Of a stretch of 64,000 nucleotides of DNA, positions 8,784 through 22,067 are shown piece after piece. This DNA comes from Anthoceros angustus. Taxonomy: Eukaryota > Plantae > Anthocerotophyta. Numbering within the stretch: the stretch's first letter is position 1; the number at the start of each line of letters is the position of its first letter. Position numbers and translations under genes: made by a program. Under the pieces are notes generated by a model. The model was not told the origin of the DNA and made no database searches. It was given only the letters and a program-made list of their open reading frames with translations. The stretch covers positions 191,423-255,422 of the forward strand of contig VJWM01000240.1 of assembly GCA_010909165.1 (NCBI GenBank), in the 5' to 3' direction.

Positions 8784-11262
8784 CTACCACACATGTGAAA
8801 ACAAGAACGTGTTGTCCCGAATTCTGCTAAACTCCAGCAAGCTTGCATACGTGCGGTCTGCGACTCCAACGTAGAGAGCCTCAGTGTCAGGACTGAAGGA
8901 GATGCCAGCAACCTCCCCAAAGATGTCAATTTCTTGACACCGGTTGTATCCACCCCTGGTGTCAAAGACATGGACAAAGTCTGCAGGCTCAGCCATCGCC
9001 ATGTAGCTACCGTCGGATGTGAATCGGATAGACCTGATAGCACCCATTCTTCCCTTCAGGATGGTGACAGCAGAATCCAGCTGCCGGATGTCCCACAAAC
9101 GGCACGTCGTGTCCTGGTTGCCTGTGGCAAACATGTGGCCGTCGGGATGCCAGGCTGATGCAAATGAGAAATCCAAGTGGCCTCTCAGAGTTGCAATGAC
9201 CTGATCAAATTGGGGAGTTAGCCGTAGGAAGTGCATAGGGAGATTCAAACGATACAAGCTGGAAGGAAGGTGAAGGAACCACACAAACCCAAATGGAATT
9301 GTACCTTTCCACTTTGGCAATCAGCAAGCAGACCTTCTGCCTTGTCACCAACGACAACCACCATCTTGCTGTTAGGGCTCACGGAAGTGTGCTGCAAGTT
9401 CCAAATCAAGAGTAAGAAAGGCCGTATGACCACTGCTTGAGCCCATTTTCAACTGAGTGTAAGAGTCACTGCGTGAGTGAGCAGTGAGCGAGTATGCAAG
9501 CCAATCAAAGACTTTTGTGGGTTGCCTTCCAGCACAACAGGAGAAACGTAGTCAATGGACCCCAAGCTAAAGCATAAGCAAATATACAGAGGGTAAGAAA
9601 AGCGCTCACATTCACTGCCCAGTTGTAATGAAAGCGGTTTAACACGGAAAACTTCTCAGTATCAAACACCCGTACGATGGCATCATTGTTGGAGCTCATG
9701 ATGCATGTCGCACCACTGCAGGCACCAGTAAAATGTCAGAAACAGCAGGACAAGCATCCACAGGTCTGCACGCAATTACAAACTACTTGTACCTTACATG
9801 CTCACAAAAAGTAGAAAGGGCTAGACAGGCATATGACCTTGTAGAGTCAAAAATTTCAATGGCATTGGTGATGCCATTTTCATCGTACGTGATCTTCTTA
9901 CAATAGGAGACTTCTGGGTCGTTCAGATTCTAATCACAGAGAACAACAAGATGTGAGAACATGTTCTACACATATAAAGCCCTGACAGCTTGTATGTGAT
10001 TTAATGGTGCATTTTTCAGTTATGTAAGTTGACAACACGCACAGCAATAAATCATGTACAGTCTCCTGTATCTAAAAGAGAAGACATGATCCGTGTCTAC
10101 TTCAGCTATCTGCAACCAAAATATCACAACAACAACAAAATGACTTACTTTGCACACCATTTCGCCCTGAAAGCCCCCAGCAACAAGAAGGTTGCGCTTG
10201 ACACACATGGTGCTGATCTGCACACGTCCTAGCCCTGACTGACGAGCCAGGACAAACCATCCACTCATATGAGCAGTAAAAACAAATTCATCAGGTGAAA
10301 AAGAAATCGAGACTCATATGTCAACGCCCATAAATAGCGGCCCTGATAGAGCAACGATGTTTTAAGTAGCTTAATCAAATGGCAGAGAGCATACTGTGGC
10401 ACATCAAAACAGTAACAAATACCTTGAGAGCCTCAGGTGCCTCTGTATCCAGAACTTTTGTGACCTTCCTTCTAATTGCAGACCAATGAACAACTGCACT
10501 GGAGTCCTTCACGTATACATCATGCTTTGTTGTGGTCCATACCAGGTTCCGCAGCTGTAGATCATCGCGTCCACAAATGAGCCAATTTGGACCGATAGTG
10601 CATGTATGGGTAACCAGCAAGTACTTCATCTCATGCAACGACAACTTCATCATTACAACGGACCAAGCCGACCCTTACGCACCTGGAAGTGGAGAATGTG
10701 CGATCTCACTTGCCTCGTATTGTACTGAAAGTCATAGAACTTCCCGCTTCTTTCCACTTCTTTGCAATTCTGAAACAACATCTCAGTGCCAGCTCCAAGA
10801 CCAACAGCAGAAAGGCAGAAAGACAACCTTGCCAATAGGGTAGCCAGATCACCTTGTCCAATTCCTCCTGAATCTGCAAGTTCTGGTTATTCCTGTAGTC
10901 GCTCAGCCTCTTCTCACGGTACTTCTGCCTAGTAAATTGCAACCTGCTCCAGGGAATCCCCTGTATATCCTTCCCTTGCCTTGCTTGTACGCTGGAAGTG
11001 TCGGAAATCTGCCTCACCTGCGAGGCACAGAAATTAAGCTTCCCTACACCGCACGGCAGCCTCCCAGAATCCCTCTCTACCATGCACTACAAGCGTAGAA
11101 TTCCGAGCAAGGTAATTGCACCGCCGCAGCGTTACTCACCAGGTTGCCATCTCCTTCCGAATCACTCTCCTGGGACGGGGGCTGCTCCGTCCTCTCGGGG
11201 TCGTCGTCGATATCCACCATGTCACCGTACTCATCCGCGTAATCATCCACCTCGTGCTCCAT
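8784..11262 (-). CDS. WD40-repeat protein of the plant family carrying the GHLDxSFASAWHPDG / AMAEPADFVHV signature; 9 exons, 432 aa
   Basis: Exons with GT-AG borders and consistent phase: 11140-11262, 10853-11017, 10683-10769, 10423-10554, 10149-10238, 9838-9929, 9610-9715, 9305-9391, 8784-9200 (1299 nt). Motifs: acidic N-terminus, GKDIQGIPW, LRNLVW, LLVAGGFQGE, ATGNQDTTCRLWDIR, EIDIFGEVAGISFSPD. Confidence 0.93.
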
Positions 11263-12519
11263 CCCTTGACGAACGGACGGGAAAGGATGGCGCGCTTCAG
11301 CGAGTCCACGAGCTAGCAAGCTACCATGCGAGAGGAGAATCTACTACAAGCCCTGATACAAGTTAGCGCCACGCCAAGCCGAGCCCGGCCGCGGTGTGAG
11401 CACAATTCCGAGGCTAGCCCTCCAACAGCAACCAACGGGCTGAAAACTGGTTGGAGAAGCGTGTACTCACCAGCTCTTCCTCTCCAGGCTATGCTTCTTA
11501 TGGGTTTGCAACCTTCACACAACCATGCCTTGTTTGGGCTCAACTCGGGACTTTACAATACACATCCATATTATTCGGTATATGTCAGTCGATGCATTAT
11601 ATAATTTATTGAGTAATTATATATCTTATTTATATTTCTCTTAATTTAGAAGACCTCAAGGCTATTACTATTGTGGAGATAATCCATACTACTGTGGAGA
11701 TAATCCACAAGGAGGTCCCGGGAAACAACATGGTGGCTCTTTGCGAGCAGAGATCATATACCTCTAAGCAGTTTCCAAGAGCCTTAAAACAAACATGGGA
11801 TGCGAGTTCCCATGATAAGGGGCTCGAGAGGTTGCAAGCTGTGGAGCCTTTGTTATCGGAGTTGTAGCACACTGTTAGGAAGGCAGCGAGAATACTTAGG
11901 GAAAAAGAAACGGGTCGAAACCACCTTGTAGTGAGGAGAGTAAGTGCCAAATGTGAGCGGTAGGGGGTCACCTACAGTGGTAGGTAAGTAACCTGCCACC
12001 TTAATTGCAAGGCTTTTTCTAAAACCTTAGACTTTAGACCTTGGAACTTCAAAAAATATATTAATAATATATGTTATTGTATAAATATATATAATATTTT
12101 TTCAAAGTTTCGGTCATGAACAACATACTGCTATATATGTCTTTCTAGCTACATACGTATTTCATTCCGTTGGCTTTGCTTAAATTCCAAGCAAACTAAT
12201 CTGTTTAAAGTGGTTACTTATAGATGAAATAAGCCTCTATCTATGGGTACGAAATCATGCATGCAAGTAGGAATTATTGTTTATCAAAATAACTTAAGAG
12301 GTTAAAGGTAACGAGGCTTTGCTCAGACTCTAAGCAGACTAGTATGTTTAAGGCAATTACTTAGAGGTGAAGTAGGCCTCCACATATAAGGCACTCTTAT
12401 TGGAAAAACTTGTGATGCCTACGATTCAACATTTCTTCAAGAAATAACTTATTGCATATATGTCTTTCTAGCTACATGAAGTTTTCTTCAAGAAACAATA
12501 GATTTTGAGGACTCGTAAC

Positions 12520-14060
12520 AAATGGAAGCGAGCACACAATTACCGGATATATACACCGTTTCGACATAATGGACTTGAAACAAGTGAAGATTTCCGATAC
12601 ATTGTAGGCGCATTTGTTATTCGACTCCATTGCATATTTATTGGATGGAACAATAACATCTGCAAGCTGCGAATCAAAGCAATGTCGCAATTGGAAAGAA
12701 GCATAGAAGAAAAAGATCCCAACGCAATGGCGACTGTGGAAATATATTCAGGTGAGGTCTTGGTTGCCATCCATGGACCAAATATCAAAAATATCAAACA
12801 ATATATATATAATATGAAATTGCCAAAGTTAAGGTGATCTTGAACTCCACATGATGGATGTTAAGACAAAGATATTTGTATAGGCGCACGCAGAGGAAAT
12901 ATACATGAGACAACCCGAGGGTTCTGAAGTCAAAGGCAAAGAAGATTGGGTATGCCGACTCATCAAAGGTTTGTATGGCCTTAAGCGTCAAGAATTGGAA
13001 CTTAACCATACATGTACAACTTATTGGGAGAGGATTTAAGCAAAGCCGTGATGCTTGTATGTACATCCTAATATCCGCAATGATATATTTTATCTTCTAC
13101 TTTATGTTGATGATGTTTTTATGGCAACAAACTCCCTCACTCTCTAGAACTAAAGCATGGCTTAGGACTCTATTTGAGATGTCCGATCTAGGAGAAATGA
13201 CATATGCACTTGGTGTTAATATTATACGAAATAGAGGTAATAAGACTCTAAGTATAGTTCAAACCAAGTATATTAAGGAGAGTTTAGCTAAATTTGGACT
13301 TGAGGATGCAAAGCACTGCACCCACACCTTTTGCAAGTGGTGTTAGGCTTACCTCGAGATATGAGTCCCAAAACATGAAGAAAAGCTAGAAATGTCGGAT
13401 TCCATCCGACATCTTGTTGGCACTCTAATATATTTATGCAATTTTACGAGACCGATATATCTTTTGAAGTCGGTTCACCTCACAATTCTTGGAGAACCAC
13501 AGGCGTGAGCCTTTGGATGTCATTAAGCGTATATTCGAGATACCTTAAAGGCACTATGTACAGGGGCGATGTTCAAGCATACACCAGCTATCAACACATT
13601 AACTCTAACGGCATATCGATGCCGACTATCTTTAGTGACCCGACACCGAAAATCATGTCGGGTATGTATTACTCTTAGGAGGAGCACCAATATCCTGGTC
13701 AAGTAAGAAACAACCTACTATAGCTTTGTCAATCGAATCAGTGCTAACCTCGGTTCTAAAGACATAGTGTGGTCCAGTTAGTTTTGAGTGAACTTCACCA
13801 TCCTCAACTTAAGCCTACATCTTTGTTTAGTGATAGCCGGTGCCATTGCACTTGCGAAATCTTTTCATTCTAGAACTAAACATATAGCTGTTGAGTATCA
13901 CTACATAAGGGAAAAGTTAGAAGATCAAACCATAAATATTAGTTATGTTCAAACTTTAGACAATGTCGATTTATTAACAAAGTCATTGGGAATTGAGTTA
14001 CATAGGAAACACATGAAATGTTTGGGTATAATGGACACACTGTCCAAACCTTTAACCTAA
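12520..14060 (+). mobile_element. Degenerate Ty1/copia retrotransposon remnant (gag fragment, RT, RNase H)
   Basis: Translated pieces: TITGYIHRFDIM...AHLLFDSI (gag-like, 12537 on), LHMMDVKT, EEIYMRQPEG, CRLIKGLYGLK, FEMSDLGEMTYALGV, GAPISWSSKKQPTIALS, HSRTKHIAVEYHYIRE. Multiple stops and frameshifts. Confidence 0.9.
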
Positions 14061-15055
14061 TACTCACCCTAGCAGCCTTAGGGCCGATTTAAGATAACCT
14101 TAAAATCTTAGCCCAAAAATTATTGTCTTACTATTTTTCTGAACATTTTCTTCTTCTATCTCAAAATAGCTTAGGTCATCCCCTTCCTCTTCATAGACGG
14201 CCAACATAGAACCTGGAATATTTTATATTAAAAATAAAAATAATATTTAAGCAGTATTTATGTGATTAAAACAATAAATTCCCTTAGCACCAAAGGCACC
14301 TACGGAAAATATGTTTGATATGTCCTGGAAATTCCTCACATGGGAGACTTGCTATTTTATCATGTGGATGGTAGTTTCCTCACATATATAGGAGTCCGGA
14401 CATCTCCTTTTCACTTAAACCTAAGGTGAGTATGTATACTTTATTTTCCTGGTCACCTTTTGGTAGAATTCGCTTATAATAGCCCATGTTTTTGTCTTTA
14501 ATACACTTAGGGAAACAAAATGTGTTTACAGCATCAAGCGCAGAAAATTTATGCTAGGTTATTATAGATCCTAAAACTCATATAGAAATTAGGATGCTTA
14601 AAATCTTGGATAACCCTTATTTAATATATTGCACCTTTCTTTTCAGCCCTTCCTTGTCATATCCTCCCATGCCGTCTCCACCCATCTCGCCGCAAACGCC
14701 ACACACAAGTGTCACCTCTTTATCCATCAAGTCATTAGCATCCTTGTAATCCACTTGTGTCATAGCTTCTTCTTAGAAGCATAAGATGGGAAGCAATCTT
14801 TCCTACAAACACTTTTGGAGGTGGGCATTTTGCGGAGCATCATTCATTGGGGGAGGGCACGTCCTCATCACCTAGGCTGCGCTTCCTCCCCTTTGGTGAG
14901 CACATCCAGAATTGCTTCACAAATGAAGACATGGCAGAAATGAAGACATGGCGAAAATGAAGACGCAATCTTACACTTGGACTTGCTTCCTCTTCCTGCG
15001 GCCCCCTGAGGATCCTTAGGCATCTGGTTCAGCTTCATCCTCCGAGGATGAGGTC

Positions 15056-18000
15056 GATCAATGACAATGTGGAGATTTCTTTCTAAAAGGTCAGGAAGGA
15101 CGAGGTCTGTGGAGGCAGAGACTCTTCATCACCAGCAGGACACGACTAGATGCATAGGGGCGCCCTCCCCTTCTTTGTTTGGCGCCAAGCGCCTGTGAGC
15201 GCCCCCCTTGCTCGCAAGGACGCCGATTGAAGGCGCGCTGGCCAAGGCGGCCGCTGGGCGGAGAGCGGGGCTCGACAGGCGCGATGGCGCCCCGTGGCGC
15301 CTCCTCCGTGGGCGGATTGGGCGCGCCTTGCTGCGGGTAGCCACCCTCCGCCATCGCCATCACCGCATATGTACCAACCACCAAGTTGTCGGGATCGCGT
15401 TCGTGAAGTTTGAGGAAGAAGGGTATTATCCATTATCCTTTTGATTTTCCTTTTCGGAAATTAGGTATTTTCTGGATTTTCCTATATATAAATCCGCTTA
15501 AATACTTTTAATTAGTTTTAATTCCACCTATTCTTGAAGTTGGGTTATTAGTTTCTCATCTCGTTCTCCTTAAGTGGGAGTTATTTTAATAGTGATTATT
15601 ACTTTCAGTTTTACCTTAAGTTTTACTTTATGCCTTTAAGTAAAGTTTAGTTAGGGACTAGTTTTACTAGACTAGTTTTCCTAGACCTCTTTTGGTCGAA
15701 AATCACCCCTAGTTCATAGTGAGTGGGAGTGATAAAATAGCTTACTATTAGGGCACTCTTCACTAGGGCACCTAGGACTTAATAATTAATTTAGTCCTTA
15801 GGGCTCTAGGTAGTTTCTTTTAGTAGTTATTTAATTGGTTAGTTGTTACAACCACTTATTGGTTACAACTACCTTGCCTACATAAAGGCATGTACTTTCT
15901 ATTATGAATGTAATGCAACACATATTGCTTGAGCTTGTGTATGATTCTCATCAATGCCTGGGGAACTCTCGGCGAGGGTAGACTACGGGGAAAGACTCCT
16001 GGAGGTTCTCATTGTTTGTGTCAAACTCATAGCAACCGGCCCAAGGAAGAACTTGCGGTGGAGGCCGACCCAGGCGGTTGTGCCGTGAGGCGGCGAGTAA
16101 GGCGAGGTTAGAATAGGAGGAAGATGAGGAGATGAGTAGAGGATTAGAGTGTAGGTGTTAGTGGAAGGCCACAGGCGAGCCTAAGGGACGAATCCCAAAT
16201 GCAAGTAAAGGCCGCTCCACAGGTGGGGAAGAGTGGTCGTGAAGTAGGGACGAATTGCGGTGTGGATCGGGGGTCCACGTGGCCCAGTTAAAGCACACCA
16301 CATACACAAAACAATCGCTCCACGGATCAAGCTCCAACACACACATAAAAATATTCGAGCACAGAGATATCCGGGCCAACCATCTAACACGCACTGCCTA
16401 CCCATTCACGGCTTGCTGCACCGATCACACAACGACCGGAACCATAAGTCATGAACACTGCAAGCTCAAGAAGCTACCATAAGCACAAGAAGCTACCATA
16501 AGCACAAGAAGCTACACCACCAAGTTCAAAGCCACACCAAGAAGGTCTAGTAATTTTGAGCTGCAGACGGACATCTGGACAAAGAGACGATCCGTCTCCG
16601 CATCACACCACCACTCCTAAGATCGCCAAGGTCGCGATGTCATTAGATGCATCCGTCTCCAAGGTTGAAAGCACACTTCAAACACAAAACAATCTCGGAT
16701 CAATGACAAATGCAGATTTCTTTCTAAAGGTGCAGAAGGCGAGGTCTGTGGAGGCGAGACTCTTCATCACCAGCGAGGACACGACTAGATGCATCAGCGG
16801 TAGGCGCCCTCGTCCTTTTGTTTGGGCGCCAGCGCCGTGGCGTCCTTGCTGCAAGGGGCCGGACGTGAAGGCGCGCCCGCCTGCGCGGCGGGGCGGAGAG
16901 GGCGGGGCTCGACAGGGCGATGGCGCCCCCACGTGGGCGCCTCCTCCCGTGGGCAGGATTGGGCGCGCCTTGCTGCGGGTAGCCACCCCTCCTGCCATCG
17001 CCATCACCTGCACATGTACCAACCACCAAGTTGTCAGGATCGCGTTTCGTGAAGTTTGAGGAAGAAGGGGTATTACCCATTATCCTTTTGATTTTCCTTT
17101 TCGGAAATTAGGGTATTTTCTGGTTTTTTCCCTATATATAAATCCCCTTAAATACTTTTAATTAGTTTTAATTCCACCTATTTACTGAAGTTGGGTTATT
17201 AGTTTCTCATCTCAGTTCTCCTTAAGTGGGAGTTATTTTAATAGTGATTATTACTTTCAGTTTTACCTTAAGTTTTACTTTATGCCTTTAAGTAAAGTTT
17301 AGTTAGGGACTAGTTTTACTAGACTAGTTTTCCTAGACCTCTTGAAAATCACCCCTAGTTCATAGTGAGTGGGAGTGATAAAATAGCTTACTATTAGGGC
17401 ACTCTTCACTAGGGCACCTAGGACTTAATAATTAATTTAGTCCTTAGGGCTCTAGGTAGTTTCTTTTAGTAGTTATTTAATTGGTTAGTTGTTACAACCA
17501 CTTATTGGTTACAACTACCTTGCCTACATAAAGGCATGTACTTTCTATTATGAATGTAATGCAACACATATTGCTTGAGCTTGTGTATGATTCTCATCAA
17601 TGCCTGGGGAACTCTCGGCGAGGGTAGACTACGGGGAAAGACTCCTGGAGGTTCTCATTGTTTGTCAAACTCATAGCAACCGGCCCAAGGAAGAACTTGC
17701 GGTGGAGGCCGACCCAGGCGGTTGTGCCGTAGGCGGCGTAGTAAGCCCAGGCGAGGTTAGAATAGGAGGAAGATGAGGAGATGAGTAGAGGATTAGAGTG
17801 TAGGTGTTAGTGGAAGGCCACAGGCAGAGCCTAAGGGACGAATCCCAAATCTGCAAGTAAAAGGCCGCTCCCTGAGTGGGGAAGAGTGGTCGTAGAAGTA
17901 GGGACGAAATTGCGGTGTGGATCAGGGGGTCCCTGGGCTGACAGGTTAAAGCACACCACATACACAAAACAATCTGGCTCCCTGGATCAAGCTCCAACAC

Positions 18001-18386
18001 ACACACATAAAAAATATTCAGAGCCTGTAGACAGCCTATCTGGGCCAACCATCTAACACGCACCAGCTACCCATTCACAGCTTGCCTGCACATGCACCTG
18101 ATCACACAACGACCAGCAACCATAAGTCATGAAACTGCACTACCAAGCTCAAGAAGCTACCATAAGCACAAGAAGCTACCATAAGCACAAGAAGCTACAC
18201 CACCAAGTTCAAAGCCACACCAAGAAGGTCTAGTAATTTTGAGCTGCAGACGGACATCTGGACAAAGAGACGATCCGTCTCCGCATCACACCACCACTCC
18301 TAAGATCGCCAAGGTCGCGATGTCATTAGATGCATCCGTCTCCAAGGTTGAAAGCACACTTCAAACACAAAACAATCTCGGATCAA
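15056..18386. repeat. Head-to-tail duplication of a ~1.65-kb unit (15056-16697 and 16698-18380)
   Basis: Both units contain GAGACTCTTCATCACCAGC, CCTATATATAAATCC, a near-identical AT-rich block and the CAAGAAGCTACCATAAGCA mini-repeat. GATCAA occurs at 15056, 16698 and 18381. Confidence 0.92.
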
Positions 18387-18732
18387 GCTCCAACACACAC
18401 ACAAAAACATTCGAGCTCAGACAAAGATATCCGGACCAGCCGCAATCACACCCACCGCTCACGGGATCAAGCTCAAGCATATCACCAAAAAAAACTTGAG
18501 ACAATCAACTAGCCGGAACGAGAAAATGACCCACCCGTGTGCCCCGCCTCCTCTTCTCCATCCTGAAAGAACACGATGATTTTGTCCTCCTCTACCAAGC
18601 CTATGACTTACGCCTCCTTGTCGAATAAGTTCTTCCTCACGCTCCTTGGCGGGCATGTCCTCCTCGCTTGCTCTCACCTGCTCACTCCTCTCACCGCCTC
18701 CTCGAATCAAGACACATGCTCAATCCCAAAGA

Positions 18733-19050
18733 TCACATTTTCCCCGCCTCGGACCTTGTTACGGGGCCTTGTGAATCAGGGGTCTCTTCCTGCCGGACAT
18801 CCACTTTCTTCTCCTTCTCCCCTGCCCGACCCTTCTTCTTCTCCTCCTTCAAGGCTTTCCTCCCATCTGTTTCCTGTTTGAAGGCTAACCAGTTTACAGC
18901 CTTGTGCATTTTTTTCTCCACTAGGATGCCCAAGGCCATCAACCTCGGGATTTTTTGGCCACCACTACTAGCTCGCTTACCATAAATATGGAAGATCAGG
19001 TCATCAATGTTCCGCCACTCTTTATCTGAAAACTTTTCGATCCTTTCCAC
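18733..19050 (-). pseudogene. Fragment of a retrotransposon accessory-type ORF (VNWLAF motif followed by K/E-rich coil)
   Basis: ORF ...ILVEKKMHKAVNWLAFKQETDGRKALKEEKKK... lies in repeat context. Its motif-then-coil layout resembles the accessory ORF of the host gypsy element (DWG motif near 52180). The similarity is judged by eye. Confidence 0.4.
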
Positions 19051-19544
19051 CAGAAGCCTCGCCGCTCCTACACCAAACCGAGGTCAAACACGCATCGCCT
19101 CCCACCGCCTCCTTCACCTGCTGAAGCTACGCCGAACGCTCACCCTTCCTCTCGGGACAAAGTCTCCAGTGTGCCAACACCAAGTGGAGCGCCCACTTGG
19201 GCGTCCTCCAAGGCTTTCACACGGCTTGTCGAGTCACAAGATTCTTTAGAGCACGCCCGATTCCGTGTCATTCCTACAATCTCCTCATCGACGCCACCAT
19301 GTCACTATAAATAGATGCAGCATCCTAGCACCTTGTCCTCAATGTTGACCCAAATGGCCCGCAGCAGTGAAGCGGCGGTAGATGAGCCTCAACCGATTCA
19401 AGCTAGCACATCTACAACAAAAGCTTTAGCAACATGTTAATAAAAGCACAAACCAGCAGAGGCAAGAGCAAGCAATGTTGAGGGCGTGGGCAGCAACCGA
19501 GGGCGTGGAGTAGCAAAAGAAGACCAACACTAGCAGAGTGTGAG

Positions 19545-20000
19545 CAGAAGCAGCACCAAGACTTGCAGAGGCAAGAAGACGCACTAGCAAGAGCACACCA
19601 GACTTGCAGAGGGCGAGGAGCTAAGAGCAAGACTAGAAGGTGAGCAAGAAGACAAGCAAGGGTAGGAGCACCGGCACGGCGAGCAAGAGCACCAAGAGGC
19701 GGGAGCAAGAAGACAAGCAAGGGTAGGAGCACCGGCACCACAGCTCCCAAGTTTCCACGCCTCGGCCTCAGTGCTCCCAAGCTCCTTGAAGCTTCCCACA
19801 CTCGCCTTCAGCTCCCAAGCCCCTTGAAGCTTCCCACACCTCGACTCCCAAGCTCCCACGCCTCGACTCCCAAGCTTCCCACACCTCCCAAGCCTCGGCT
19901 CCCAAGCTTCCCACGCTCTCGGCTCCCAAGCTTCCCATGCTCTCGGCTCCTAAGCTTCCCACGCTCTCGGCTCCCAAGCTCTCGGCCTTCAGGCCCCAAC
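19545..20000. repeat. Low-complexity minisatellite region
   Basis: GCAAGAAGACAAGCAAGGGTAGGAGCACCGGCAC occurs twice, followed by many copies of CTCGGCTCCCAAGCTTCCCAC-type 20-30 bp units. Confidence 0.85.
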
Positions 20001-22067
20001 GGCGTCCTTCTCGCAAGTAATAAATTTTGGTAGGAGAAACATAAATAAAATAAAAAATATTAATTTAGTGAAACTTTGACTATCTCACATCACTCTCTCA
20101 CATCTCTCTCTCATCTCTCAAAAGTAACCAAGTGTACCACAACCATATGGTACAAAAGTGTACCACCAAACCATGCTTACACCCAGATAGCACTCAGTTT
20201 TGATCGGGTCAATTACGCTTTTCGTCTTAGAAGGTCAGAATCCACTCTTCTGGTTTTAGAAGGTGAGAATTCGGCTCAATGCTGACATGCACTATGTACA
20301 ACAACTCCTCCAAACCCGTAAGGAAACTTAAGCACTAAAGCCTATTGTAAGAGGTGCCCATTCCCTACCACCACCGATCATGTCGACATATACACGCACG
20401 CCACCTTCTCGGACCGAACCCGAGTTGCACACATTTGTGAAGGATCGCATGTGCTTCATGCCATACTCGCCAGCGAGCCACACTCACTCGTAAGCCCGCT
20501 TTTGCATTCATGCATCCGGACATCCAAATTAACCTCAAATCTTTGTGAAAGGAAACGAAACATTACGAAGACCAGCTCATTGCCCACTTACCACGGCCTT
20601 GAGGCCTTTGCGATCGTCGACAAGAGGCAAGGCGGCTGTAATCTGCCAACATTTCAGGCCCCCACTCAGACCCGAAGACCAGCTTCCCTATCAAGTTGAC
20701 ACTGGAGTCGATGTGTGCCTGAGACATTATTCTTGCCATGTCTGGCGGCTTTCACTTTGTTCTTGACCCTTGGTGAATGCTTGTCTTGGAAAATCGATCA
20801 TAAAGGGACAAGGAAGAGAAGGATCGATGTCAGACATGAAAAAACCAGTTACCCTCGTCCCTTCCAAAGTTCACAGCAAATCCACATGAAGAGTAATGAT
20901 GCTTGTACCTTGTGCCAATAGTGCGACAAATCGGCATGATGTTGATTCACAACCAATGACTCCCAGTGATTGTTCCCGAAATGCCCATGTCCAACAAGGT
21001 AGGCTGGCGTTCGCATTCGAGGGTCATAGCCTAAGAAGAGATAATTTGTCGCGTATTGCATCACATGTGAGCCGATGTAAGTGTTGTCATTCGAGGTCCT
21101 CTTCTTCACCACAAAGAAGAGGAACACCAACAAGGAGATGAGCACAAATGAGTCCCGCAATTGAAGGAGCGATGTCGTGTCTCTCAAAACTAACAAGAGG
21201 GCGTGAGATGCGAGTTGCACTCAACTGCGGTCTTGATCTACATGAGGCGTGAATCCACATGGTCTCTCATGAACATGGTTTTAGGCCTGGTCTCCGAATC
21301 TGCACCGGGCAGCAGATTAGGCGTCTTGTCGCATCTGCACCGCTTTCTTTTTAGATCGGTTCACCCGCGATGAGAAGTGCATAGCTTTGAAAACCTGATT
21401 TGAAACCTGGACTTCAAACCGACGGGTTTGGAATCCTTTCATCCCGGGTATGGAAAGCCGGGTATGGAAATGCAGGTACAAGGTACAGAGAACGGGTGCA
21501 AAAACCCGAGTATGCGACGGGAACCACAAACTGATGTTGCTGCTATGTCGTGTATGTCGATATGAAGCCACGGTACATCGGGTTGCGCGGTACATCGGGT
21601 TGCGCGTCCGCACAGGTCTGCTGACCGTATTTGCCTTAATGGCCATCGGGGTATCGATGGGAAAGCGCGTAGGTGCTCCATCTTTATTGTCACCCTTGTC
21701 ACCCTTGGGGTTTCCAAGGACGATTCAGGATAGGTGTATTATTTGTATTATTTCAATAGGTATAATATTTATATTATTATTTTAATTGTAAATCAAGTGG
21801 ACTTGTAAGGAGGTAAACTCTATCAAGCTCTTTACTCTCCGACCCGACTCCGTCTCGGATTGTCTGTCCCTTCTAACATTGCTTGTCAAAGGTTCCAGTT
21901 CGCTGTCCCTTGTTGCATGGCGAGGTTCTGGTGCAGGGTTTAGGGTTTAACAAGGAAGAAGTTGCCCAGACCACAAAGCCAGCAGACAGTGGATTTGGCG
22001 TGGCTGGCGTGTTGTGCTTGTCCATCGGCCAGCGTCGCAGAATTTGGTGTGATTCCAGGAGGTGCCG

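Noticed and set aside
21933-21951. GGGTTTAGGGTTT telomere-like sequence
   Set aside because: Fewer than two full units; at most a telo-box upstream of the Mpv17/PMP22 gene, not a telomere remnant.
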